Source: Tubiluchus corallicola (lineage: Eukaryota; Animalia; Priapulida). From it: a DNA stretch of 64,000 bases. The notes beneath the pieces were generated by a model. It did no database searches. It was given only the letters and a program-made list of their open reading frames with translations, and was not told the DNA's origin. The stretch covers positions 248,001 through 312,000 of the forward strand of contig JAQGDQ010000078.1 of NCBI GenBank assembly GCA_030141605.1. Direction: 5' to 3'. Positions 39,401 through 50,800 of this stretch are shown piece by piece; position 1 is the first letter of the stretch, and each line of letters starts with the position of its first letter. The translations under genes were made by a program, and so were the position numbers.

Positions 39401-42400
39401 TTTTGTTTTGGCATTTCTACTGCAAATGACTGCATTAAAAACTGCTCGGTTGCCTATTATAACTTAGTAATGCCTCCCTATAGTTGAATATTGATTATTT
39501 TGCATGCAAATAGTTATGGCTGTAAAGGTCCATGGAGACCACTACCAGGTGCTGCTATGTAATTAGTTACTATAATAAAAGTGAAAGGCTGTGGCGCATA
39601 GCGACAAGCAACTTGGCGTGCATTTGCTAATGGACTGCCATTACTTTTGCTAATTTCAAATCATCGGCCCCCAATGAATTACTAACTAGTCTGGAGTGTC
39701 ATGCTTATGCGTAATTGAAACACGTGACAAGTTCTTAGTTAACTTTGTGTAACTTTTACTTTTTTGTAGGGCACATACTCATATTCAATTTTATTTTCTA
39801 TTTGTATATTTTTGTAGTTTATATGCATTCTAGCTGCATATGTTTTTATATACCAAATACATGTATATAAAGGTTACGTACCTTTTCTGCTTACTAAGTT
39901 TTCTTTTCCCTTCTCTGTCTCATCTCGAATGTCGGTGTTGATAAGTATGTGATGCGTCTACACAAAATAGAATAGATTAACAGCATTAAGATGAAAACGC
40001 CAGCTGCAGCACCTTTAATTGATTTCAGATTTTTTTCTTGATATACACATGTAAGATACGAATAGTCATGGTTAACTATAACATAATGTTTATTTTATTT
40101 TTTTTATTTATCTTATTACGACAACATCAAACAACAATGCAATACAATAAAACACGACATGATGACATGATTAACACAGAATTATATAATTACATTAATA
40201 TTTTCATAAAATGGACATAACATAATATCTATGTAAATTAGCTGTGCGACTAAAATGCAATTGAATGGTGTAGGTGTTAGGGCACAAAAACGGGAAGGCA
40301 AAAAAACGATGGAATAATAATGAAGAATGCAGGAGATGAGAATTAGTGAATTGATATGAATGAATATGAGAGTGATATGAGTGATGATTACAAGCTCATT
40401 TACGTAACCAAGTTCCAGGCAAATTCCTTACCAAATAGCACCTTATACATTAAATAATAGCTTTTCATTAGAGTGACTCCTCATTTATTTTTAACTGGCA
40501 CAAACTGTGGCTTTTCACATACACCATGCTCAGTTGTCTTGTAACCGTGCAACAAACGTTTAAGTTTTTTTTTTGTTTGAGTTGACTATATTAATAATCA
40601 CTTGTAGCTATCAATAACACTTTGAGTGCAGTATTAGGTTTTGCTAGGGGCCATCAAAAATATTCAGAGTATTTATATAATTACAGTTTTTATTGAAAAA
40701 AGTTAATCCTCAGAACTCATCGATATAATTTATAGCCCTGGTTTTCACTACTTACAAGAAGTTGTCTTAGAGCTGTTCTGAAGAAAGTATTTGGATCTTC
40801 ATTACCTTCGTAGATGGATAACTTTTCTGTGATGAAAGGCGCACTGACGAAATCAACTACAAATAACCAAAATTACTGTTGTGTGTAGGAGTAATATAAA
40901 TTTAAATGATAACAAAATGTACATCGATTACACTTTTAGCAATTTGGTGCCCATAGTTAACTGCGAATGCTTTTTATTTTAGTCCAGCCTAGGAAAAAAT
41001 ATAAATCACACAGTGCCTGTTATGCATTTTAAAGTATATTCCAAAAAACGTTTCATACAAAGCTATATTACTTGATTGCATGTGCCTGTTTGAAAGACTT
41101 GTGTAATTGGAAAAGAAAATTATTAATCTTTTATAAAGTATTCGTGTCACTTGGTAAAATGGCACTGCATCGCCAACTCAATTTTCACAAAAAAACACAT
41201 TATTGCTCTTACAATATAAAATAGTTTTTAACTTTTTCTTAATTAGCAAAGCGTGTGCTATGAATAATTTATTTATTTTTCAAACTTTGTGCAGTGTTAT
41301 CTGAACTTGTTTCAAATGACTTAAGGCTAAAAGGGCTGTGCCTAACTGTTATCATGGAAGTTTAAATGTAGAAGCTTTATACAGGGTTACTATTAACATA
41401 AGCCCTGCACACAATAAGACAGCATGTAAGTGATATCAAATTTTAAAACCCAATTTTTTAAGCTTTATTAATGGAGAGGGTTTTCTTGCACTTTAAATAA
41501 AAGAAACCAACAATCAATGATTCAAATACCCCACAATTAAAAGAACTCATCATTAACCTTGAAAAAAACAAAATGTATTCAAAATAAAAAATATTAGAAA
41601 ATTGGGAGTTGATATCTAAATGCCTATCTCAAAATTGTTGATATCAAGTATAATGTGCTCTACTGCAATCCAATCAAGGTTATTGCCAAAAATTTTGTTT
41701 TATGTTTACAATTGATTAAACTATATACCATTTACTGTGATTAATGAATTTCGCCGTACTCACATTGAATCAATAACTAACGAGTTGGTAATAATAGCCC
41801 TCAAAAACTAAGTAAATCGAAATAACTTACAGCCCTTATTGATTAGGGTAGACTTTAATTGTCTAGATGAAAGCAGTTTCTCAAAATTCTAGTGTCTGAG
41901 AGAAAGGGCACGTTTTCTTTTCATTTTAGTAATAACTTTTCTAAGTGATGTTATTTTGCAGGATGTTGCCTCTGTCAAGATGTACAAATTACCTTTAATG
42001 ATGAGTCTTGTGGAATCCTGGACGGACGTGTCATTTCGTTACACTTCATTATTATCTAAGCTGCTGAGCAGCAACCTTAGAATGTTGTCATTATCCTCAC
42101 GTACGTGCCAATTCTTATAATTATGCCAGTTATTTATAGGATTTACATTTTCTGCTTTGCTGGGCCTTCGTTAGCTAGAACCTTTACGGAATCTTGTATA
42201 GTTTACTTATTTTACCTATAAGTGAACGTGGTGTAGGGAAAAAATGTGGTTAGATTGTTACCTTCGTCATCTGTAGTGATTTTTGTCAAGAGGCGTTGGA
42301 ACAGTTGAACTGATGATATCGTATCAGTGTTAACAACACCACACTATAATAACAAACATCTAATTAGCAACTTAGTGAACTATTAAGCTGTATGGTAAAT

Positions 42401-45400
42401 TTATTGTGTATGAAGACAATGTTATTAATTCTTATAATGATGGATGACTATAATGACAGTGATGACATATATTAGCAATGGCGACCACGGTAGCAGACGT
42501 TATGATGATGATGGTGTGGTGTTGGTGGCGGTGACAGCAGAGAGAGTGGCCGTGGCAAGTGCGATAAGAAGGTACAAAATAATGCAGCACAACCTACAGT
42601 TTGCTGTTCATCCATATAGCACTTTTCAGTTCATTGAATGCAGTAATTTTTCAATGGCGACATAGTATACCCTCTGTCCTCTATGTGTCCGCAAAGTTCG
42701 TTGATGTAATAAATTAATTCAGGAACTTTAATGGCGCCATTCCTTGAGTGAATTCAGTAAAGCGTAAGGCAATAATTGAGCGACTTGCCGATCTCAGTTT
42801 CTATAAATAATTTAATGAGCTTTTATGCAGTAAGATTGTTTTGTCATGCTTTTAGCAATATAGCAGTGTAAAAACATGCACCCCATTACTGGCCATTAAT
42901 AGTTTAGGCGCCGAAAAACGCACCACGATAAAAGTCAGTCCATTTTGGCACATTTCAATATTGTGCTGTGGCTTGCATTTGCTTTCTTCACTGGTTTTGA
43001 TGTTGTTTATCTTAAATGAGCTCATGTTATTCTGTATTGCATTTCCTCCTGTTGCTGTTATTCCTGAAGAAGATTATTAAACCAGAGGAAATTCAAACCA
43101 GTCATGTGCATTGACTAGTGTAAAGACTGCTTGACCTTTGAAATGTCTGTAATGTGCGATTTGAACTTGCCGGTTAAATTGGTGGGTTACAAGCTGCATG
43201 AGGGAAATATCCTTTAAGGAAGGTCGGATCTTGAGGGGCTTTGCTAAAAACTTTCAAGTATATTTTTTGGAGAAATGAGTATAATATTTTAATCTTTTGC
43301 ATTGGCTGAATAATTCATTTAATTTAAAATAAGATTTCAGCTTTAAAAAAGAGGCCTGGAAGTCTGAAAACCCAATTTTTAAAAAAGTGGCCATACTTGT
43401 GGCCCCTTAGTTGAGATAAAGGGCCCCTATTCGAAGCCTTTTACTCCAGATAAACTTTATTTGAAGAAGAATTTTGCAATAAGTTTACTTCAAGCTATGT
43501 AAATATTGCTAAAATATAGCAGGAGTAAAAAAAATTAAGACAGGTGTGGCGAGTTAGAAGATGGCTTTGTCTAAGGGGCCCCATAATTTCTTAGCCAAGG
43601 GTCACCACAAAGTCATGATCCAGCCCTGACCATAAACCCTGCTGAAAAATATAAATAATAGTTTTTATACAGCCATGTAGATTGTTGAGAATAAACTTGA
43701 TGTGATCCCATAAAAACTCAACAATGTAGTTGCTTACATAGTCACATGTGCTACCACTGGCCTGTTAAATAAGACATTTAATTTTTGGGTGTCAGCAATC
43801 ATTTTCATTTGGATGTGTTGAAAATAAATCAATTTGGTTATCAGCATTTTTGGATGTGAAGCTACAAGCTGCATTTTTAGAATCACTGCACGTCAATGAA
43901 CATGTAAATATGCATGTGTAGCATGCTAGCAGCTGTACAGTTAGAGCCATTGCACGTCAGTATACATGCAGATATACATGTGTAATATGCAGCCATAGCT
44001 TCTTTGCTAAAATCACTGCACATCAATACCAGAAATAAATAACTTATTTTACAGTGTTTTTATGTATTCAGAAAAACTAAATTTCCATTTTATTCTACAC
44101 ATAGGTATGAATGTGTAGTGAATTAATAACTGCAATCTTACAGACGATGCACGTCAATGTGCAGGTAGACATGCATGCATAGTGTGTAGCTAATACACTT
44201 AGATATGCATGCATAGTGTGTAGCTAATAGCTGCAATATTAGAATCACTGCATATCAGCATACACTTAGATATGCATGTGTAGTGTGGGTAACTATAGCA
44301 GCGGCATTAAAATCACTGCACATCAATATACATGTGCATATGCATATAGTGTATGACTAATAGCTGTGCATATATATACATGTATCAGATGTACTCTGTA
44401 TTGTAAATAAAGTTTAAACTAAACCAGTAACTGTGCTATTAGAGTCACATCATGTCAGTAAATGCATAGATGTGCATGTGCAGTGTATGGCTAATAGATG
44501 TACTATTAAAATCACTAACCTCAGTATTATGCATACGTGTGCATATGTAGTGTATTGCACATAACTACTGTATTAAAGTCAATGCATATCAGTGTAAGCA
44601 TACATGTGTATTATATAGCTAATGGTTGCACTATTAAAGTCACTGCACATCAGTATATGCATGCATGTGTATCTGTAGTGTGCAACTATTAGCTGCACTA
44701 TTAAACTCACTACACATTTGTAGATGCATACATGTGCATGTATAGTATACAGCTAATAGCATCAGCAGCTGCACTGCACATCAATATACAGTCATACATA
44801 TACATTGTACATATGTATGTGTAGTGTGCTTCACACACATTCGTGATTGTCAACACTCAATGTTTTGGTACCTTATTCATTTTAATATACTTGTAATGTT
44901 CAGCACATTTTATCTAGAAAATGAAGCATGTTGTAATTAATACATTAAAAGGTCTATTATTTTCTTATCTCCCAACTTGCTAGATACAATTATTTCTTTG
45001 TCAGCTTGCATTCTTGTATTTACAATTTGACTTTCAAGGCTAACTTAGGTTACTAATTATAAATTATTTTGCCCAACTATAGTATTTTAGATTACTGTGT
45101 TTGCAACTAGCGGCACGACTTGCGTTAACAATTTATCCAATCAGCCTAATTATTTCACGGTTACTTTAGGAAAAATATTGATCATTTAAGGGCCTTCAGC
45201 TATCGTTGGCATCGTCTTGTACCTAAATACTCTAACCAATATCAGTGATTTGAGAAACTGGATTTATAAACATGCTTAATTATGACCATGAAGCAGTGAG
45301 CAAAAATTTGTAAAAGGTCAAGTACGTTGCTAATATGTTACTTTATAAAGCTTCTGACTTCCAAGTAAGTTTTACTAAATATCGATTTCTGGCAGACTGG

Positions 45401-46802
45401 CAGTATCAGAGCCTAGAACCTTAAGATTACAAGCTAGTCACTCAACTGATAGTGGGTCAACGGAAGGAGCTTGGCTCAGTTTGGAAGTAATGATGACGTC
45501 ATAATTGCAGTTAGTTCCAAAACGTGGGTCTTTTAAGGCAGGCTTAGGTCGACCTTGCATCGCAACACAACTGAAAGCAACTGGCATCTCGGCAACTGGC
45601 GGTGTTCGGTACACCAAAAGTTCCGAGTATATCCAGTCGACATCAGCAAGCTTACGATTCAACTCAATGCAACGCAACTCAGTTCCAGCGAGTTGCTCAC
45701 ACTCTCCTCTTGACATGTGATATTCACATAGTTCCAATTGATACTAACAACCTGAACATTGTTTGCCAGTGTTTGTGATCTGGTCTCGTGGTTAGGTTAG
45801 AAATTTTTTCATTCACGGAGCTCAGTTGTCATCAATCTGAGCAGTGTTGCGAGTTTCGGGAACTCGTAACTTGCTTGTTACTCAAAATTGCTGGAAATCT
45901 GTCACGTTTGACCGGAGCATGTGTCTTCGACCATTTCCCATCAGTTGAGGTGAGTTGCATCATGTTGCAAGTCCACCTAAGCTTGGCTTTAGATAATTAT
46001 CTAAGATATTGCAGTACCGCATTTTGTCTTCACTGTGTCAGCAGTTTTGGAGAATATGGCTTTAGAAGCCAGAAAACTACCAATTTTAGAAGCTTTTCTG
46101 CCACTGTTAGGTAACAGTCATCACCTTGGCCATCAGATTTTGCCAATCAGAATGCACACACTTGTTTGGATATTAGCTTAATGTCTTAATTAGGTTACAC
46201 TTTAAACGTATTAGATTATGTGATTTTTTACTCATATCACCCAAGATCATCCTGGTATCCTTCCTGCCTTAAAATTTTGCTTGGCTGTAAGTGCCTGTTT
46301 TATGGTAATATCTGTACACAGTTATTCTCATGTGTGAATACCTTCTGTAAATGAAACTTGACTAATACAGTAGATAGGAAATTCATATACGTACTCCTTT
46401 CAGGGGCATTTCTAGTCGCACCCGCTCTGCTTCTCTACATAGGCGTGGAAAAGGCGTGCATATTTTTACAAAAACGTCCTGACCAATTATTTCCATTTGT
46501 AATTTAACGCCATCTTCTTGCAAAACATTCTCAAATTTCTTTCTGTATTCCACACTTTGTTCAGATGCATTTTCGTGATCCTCTTCATTGCTGTAGACTA
46601 GAACATAGTCGACACGCTCGAGACTAATATCTCTCCCATTTTTGCACTGTTTGCTATTGTCCTTATTCCCAACATCACTTTGGGTGTGAATTGTATTATT
46701 TATATTTGTATCAGTCTGCACAAGAAAACGATGTTGGGTGGATGGAAATTCTGAAGCAGATACATGATCGATTTTTTGTCTGCTGGTTGAAGCCACATTC
46801 AT
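24441..46802 (-). CDS. Anoctamin/TMEM16 family channel or scramblase; 21 coding exons, ~1356 aa
   Basis: Minus-strand exons: 46802-46395, 42343-42262, 40856-40756, 39957-39882, 39022-38848, 38349-38188, 37789-37730, 37166-37066, 36667-36546, 36148-36059, 33269-33120, 32201-32165, 31260-31151, 30285-30134, 30052-29881, 29187-29058, 28111-27978, 27641-27561, 27301-27129, 26943-26827, 25878-24441. All introns are GT-AG and the total is 4071 nt in frame. Family motifs: RVDYVLVY, QPLWKIRNYFGEKIAFYFAW, FDNSVTPYF, FLEVWKRK, KLTEWENHRT, FQFANSYASLFYIAFF, EYSEKIIQYG, PIAPLLAL..DIRVDAKR, AQDIGMW, FEHIVF..IPDVP. It cannot be assigned to a specific vertebrate paralog. Confidence 0.95.
26396..26746. mobile_element. 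hAT-like MITE
   Basis: TIRs CAGGGCCGGATTA / TAATCTGGCCCTG, subterminal GCCTAGG motifs and degenerate 8-bp flanks GTAATACA / ATAATATG. Confidence 0.8.
27670..27795. repeat. (CAATA)n pentanucleotide microsatellite
   Basis: Directly visible, ~30 nt upstream (minus strand) of the acceptor of anoctamin exon 27641-27561. Confidence 0.9.
30368..30769 (+). mobile_element. Tigger/pogo-like MITE, copy 1
   Basis: TA|CAGTAAGTTCTCACTTAACG ... ATTAAACAAGGATTTACTG|TA; homologous to the inverted copy at 58223-58899. Confidence 0.8.
31335..31992. repeat. Tandem array of ~7 x 95-bp units
   Basis: Units start at 31335, 31430, 31525, 31620, 31714, 31809 and 31904 (AGCTTRCATAATGTTACRGAATTCTTTCTCAAACTTCTGG...). 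Confidence 0.97.
32460..32473. promoter_or_regulatory. Consensus RFX X-box in an anoctamin intron
   Basis: GTAACCATGGCAAC fits GTNRCCATGGYAAC exactly. A degenerate copy, GTTTTCATGGAAAA, lies just upstream at 32441-32454. Confidence 0.4.
33468..35861 (+). mobile_element. Composite non-autonomous Helitron: two ~790-bp direct copies separated by a GT-rich tract
   Basis: It starts TC (TCTATACTC) after host A33467 and ends with hairpin CGCAAAA-TC-TTTTGCG (35833-35848) plus CTAG (35858-35861) before host T35862. No TSD or TIR is present. Copy 1 is 33468-34266 and copy 2 is 35080-35861. Confidence 0.85.
34363..35040. repeat. (CAT)n followed by a (GTGGT)n-based low-complexity minisatellite inside the Helitron
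   Basis: Directly visible; a recurring higher-order unit contains GTGCAGTGTGGTGTGATGTGGTGGAG. Confidence 0.95.
37418..37580. repeat. CT-rich polypyrimidine tract
   Basis: Directly visible. Confidence 0.85.
43220..43628. mobile_element. hAT-like MITE remnant
   Basis: Right end TCATGATCCAGCCCTG, degenerate left end AAGGTCGGATCTTGA and internal GGGCCCC motifs. A similar end (GTCATAATCAGGCCCTG) occurs at ~56914-56930. Confidence 0.55.
43860..44830. repeat. Degenerate tandem array with a ~65-bp unit, about 13-14 copies
   Basis: The anchor AATCACTGCAC(A/G)TCA recurs near 43881, 43947, 44011, 44143, 44243, 44311, 44443, 44510, 44577, 44638, 44705 and 44771, followed by ATGCATGTGTAGTGTG..GCTAATAGCTG. 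Confidence 0.9.
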
Positions 46803-46914
46803 TCTCTGGGCTGAAATTAAAACTTGTTTAAGACACTAACTATCTTATAAATGCTTTTCTATTACAGTTTACAAGAGTAACCAAATTTAGTTTAGATTTT
46901 ATTTGTTAAATCAC

Positions 46915-47153
46915 TAATGGCGTGTTCAAACTACAGAGTTTTCTCTTGCAAGCTCTTATGCAAGTTCTCTTTGAGAGTAAATTCGCAAGTGTGAATGAAT
47001 GTTAAGGGCAAGAAATTCTCTCGCAAGTTATTGCAAACTCTCTGCGAGTGGCTGAAAGTTAACTTGCAAGACAACTTGTGAAGTCGTTCACACTTGTGAG
47101 TTTACTCTCAGAGAGAACTTGCAAGAGAACTCTCTAATCTAAACAATCCATTA
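46915..47153. mobile_element. Palindromic MITE, PIF/Harbinger-like
   Basis: Near-full-length inverted symmetry: TGCAAGTTCTCTTTGAGAGTAAATTCGCAAGTGTGAA vs TTCACACTTGTGAGTTTACTCTCAGAGAGAACTTGCA. The left end is GGCGTGTTCAAACTA. Confidence 0.75.
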
Positions 47154-47519
47154 AGTTAGATAAAGATAACCTACTTTGCATTAATTAGTAAAGTAGGTCA
47201 CTTTCAAGGATTTATTGCAAAAAAATTTACTCACCTAATTAACATTCCTTTGCTACTTCAACAAATATCATAAGACAGAATACATTTGATTGCTTAGACT
47301 TAAACTGTTATCACTGGTAAAGTGACATAACTGAGAATTTCAGACTAATCTATAAGTATTGAACCCTACCTGTTGCAAATCCTTACCATTGATTATTTGA
47401 TCATATAATAAGTGCTTTGCTTACATGTAATCAAATCTTCATCACATAATTCACATTACCAAAATATCAATCCATACCATTATGAAAGCATCAGATGTGT
47501 ATGTTAGGTTTCATTAGCT

Positions 47520-47896
47520 TACCCTGTAAATAGCATATTAATCCATCGTCACTCTAAGCACCTGCATGCGCGTTCATGGCAACGGCTCCCGCCTCGCAGG
47601 CTTCGTAATCGTTTATGCATCACGTGACTGTTACCTGTTGGGCTTCACCTGCACTGGGAATAGATTAGCTGGCAGGAGCTAGTGCTGTGATTGTGTAATA
47701 AGACTAAAATAGTCGAAGCTATAAGCTGTTGCAAGTAATTACAACCAGTTGTAATCTGATGGGATTTCTCATCAGTATTTCAGTGCTGTATTGATATTTT
47801 ATTTCCGTTGCTGTTACTGGTAATTTTTGATTTTTCAGAGCTCTTTAATAAGTGCATATTGATTACTACTAAGTCAAGTGTGGTCGACATGGCAAC
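47520..47896. promoter_or_regulatory. Putative bidirectional promoter shared by the anoctamin (-) and CCDC169 (+), with RFX X-box, E-box and NRF1-like motifs
   Basis: The two start codons are only ~1.09 kb apart. There is a local CpG-richer patch with TGCATGCGCG (~47563-47572), GTTCATGGCAAC (47572-47583), TCACGTGAC (47620-47628) and GTCGACATGGCAAC (47883-47896). A minus-strand donor (AGG|GTAAGC) at ~47522 and a plus-strand acceptor at 47838 imply 5'UTR exons on both sides. Confidence 0.6.
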
Positions 47897-50800
47897 CGTA
47901 GCTGCACAGAGGCAAATAGAGGAAAACAAACTACGGGTCGGTGAAGAGGACCCAAAATTACTTGAGCATAAGTATGAAGAATTAATCCAAAAACGGTATG
48001 TTTGCAGCCTGTTCGTTATGTTGTGTGCTATTATTATCCCCACAAATTTCAAATAATCCTTGAGTCCCCACCATTAATCAAACATTTTGACAATAATTTC
48101 TAATCCAGTCCACCAATTTGAAGTTGTAAAGCCCGGGGACTGATGAAGGTGCACCCAAAATGATAGGAATGATTTGTCTGAAATTTTCTCAGGATGAACA
48201 ACCACACTTAGCTCATTTCTGTACTTACAAGTTTCAAACTAAAAAAAATAGATTTACTAGTTACAAAATTAATTAGAAAGCACTGAATATCAAAAATTTT
48301 GTCTTCTTCTTGCTTTCTACTTACCATTATTAACAATTGAATTTTTGCATATAAGATCGGTACAAACATTTCTCATTTCATATTAAATCAGAAAGATTAT
48401 TTTAGAATATTAAACATTCGTAAAGATGACATTTTTAAAGCATTTTTAACTAAGGAACAAGGGTGCATAATTTCTGGTGCATAAATCAAGAATTTGGTAT
48501 TACCAAACGTACAGTATCATGTACTTCAACAGTAAATAACTTTGCAGTATGATATAAATAGTGATTGAAAAACATTTCCTTTTTTTTTTGATATTTAGGG
48601 CATTCTTAGACGGCTCAATCAATGAAATGAAGGATAAAATTAGTGAACTAGAAGAGAAAATTGAAAATCCAGAGCACAATGGTATGTTAATTTACCGGAA
48701 GAGCTTCTTCAAAATATGAATCCTTTATGTATTTGAAAATTGTGAATTTCAATGCTGAGGTCAGATGCATAGGTGCTGTATGATATGCCCTAAAAACTTG
48801 TATCTCGTGCAGGGAAAACTGATTGCACTGTTATCATGAATTGGCAGATTTTGGAGTAATTTACACAGGAATACATAAAGCATGCCATAGAACTAGATTC
48901 ATATTATAGCATATTTTTACCCTTAGAAAAGGCTACTGATGTTCTATACTTTCATTACTGGCACAGTGCATTTATTACAATAAAAATAATTAGGGCCTTC
49001 CTTGTAGCAAGCACCATTGTAGCAATCATACATGAAATGATTACCATAGTTTTGCTGTTTATGCTAAGGTAATGTTAATGTGCATTATGTCATGTTACCG
49101 TCTATATATTTGACCTCATTGCATCATATTACATAGCTGTAATTAATGCCAATATTCATGTTTAGTCACAATCATTTTGCTTTTATTACAGATGACCAGT
49201 AGTTTTTTTTATAGAATTATTATGTATTTTAGGAAATGAGGCGGTACTTGACGTCTTAATTGAGATAAACTAATCAGTGTTTGTTATATCTAGTTCGATT
49301 TTTGTTTAAGATAATGAGTGGCGTGTCAGATATGAAACACAGACTGAATACAATCAGTATTTAGAGCAGCAGGCAGTGCAATTAAGAGAAAGGATAAATC
49401 TTCTGGAATCTTGGGAAAATGGCGACAATGGTAACTGTGTGACATTTTCAATTATTGCTACTGAAAGCTTGTTTAGATCATGCCTAAATTGCTCAGTAAT
49501 TAAATATTAGTAAAAGCTGGCTTTTTAATTAGTGCTAATTATGTCTTGAGTTCAAGATTTTGAATTAATGGTGGTATGGAGTCACACTTGTTAAATTTCA
49601 TTATTCTAGGCTCTAAATTCAGACTAGATCTCAACTCATTCACTTTTCCTTCCTCGAATGAAGAGATCATAGTAAATTTAAATTATTTATGAGAAACATG
49701 TACAACACAGTTTTTGAGTTCAAAAATATAATTCAATTTGTTCATTGATGTCTAAATTAAATTAAATTGTCTCACTGTTGCAGTAGAAGTGATATATATA
49801 TATATATATATATACTAATGGACCTACTGTTAGGATAGCTAAACTTATTATAATACTTGAAATCACAAACTGCTGTAAGCTAAAAATTTCATACAATACC
49901 TCTGCACAACTTGCCCAGCTTTGAACTATAATTGAGGATCCAGCATGATAACAGTTAACAGTCATTATGAGACTGTAAGTTTCTTATTATGAAGAATAAT
50001 ACTTCCAGATCAGATGCTGCTTTCTGATACTGATATTGATATGCAGCCTCCTTCAGCAATGAAAATAGCCAATGGGAATCGTGGTTAATAAAATGTCCTC
50101 TGACATATCAAATTTTCATAGTCAAAATTTAAACTAGGAAAGTCATTACGTGAATGTGCCCATCAAAAGTGGATTACGTAATTTATACTTATAATAATGT
50201 GAGCTAAGGCTCTGACTAAGGTAGCCTTCACTTACTATTACAATTTTGCACTGTGGAATTCAAGTGACTATCGGTTAATTCTGTATTGTGTTATACTATT
50301 TTCAAATTTCAGTCAATTGCTCTGTAGTATGGTTGGCTGCACTGTGACAATTTTGAAAGCTTTATTCTCTTATCCATAAAAATGGATAACCGTAAAAATT
50401 AACATCTCTGTTTTCATCTATGTAGTACACCGAGCTGTCACATTCTGTGTGAGATTCACATCCTTCATAATCTGTAATGTTAATTATGAGACTACGGCCC
50501 GTTTTTACATACAGTTTTTACCTGGACTTTTTACATTAGTGAAACATTTGTCTGAATTAAAGTACTTATAATGCTATGCATGGACTTGTTTCTACATATA
50601 ATTTTACTGAATTTTTTCCAGCTTTAGAGAACATGTCATGCCATATCGTATATCATTGAATAGGTCCTTCTGTTAAGTCCTGATGTCCGGCATTGCAATG
50701 TGCCAAGCAATATTATCAAATTGCATTCAAATGTCATCAAAATCAAAAGCTCTTAGAGTACGATTTAGTAGCTATTTTCACTCTTCGATTGTAACATTCA

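Noticed and set aside
45438-46114. Nested gene in the anoctamin intron (99-108 aa ORFs)
   Set aside because: No recognisable domain or exon chain; short internal repeats such as CAACTGGC and CAACTCA suggest transposon remnants.
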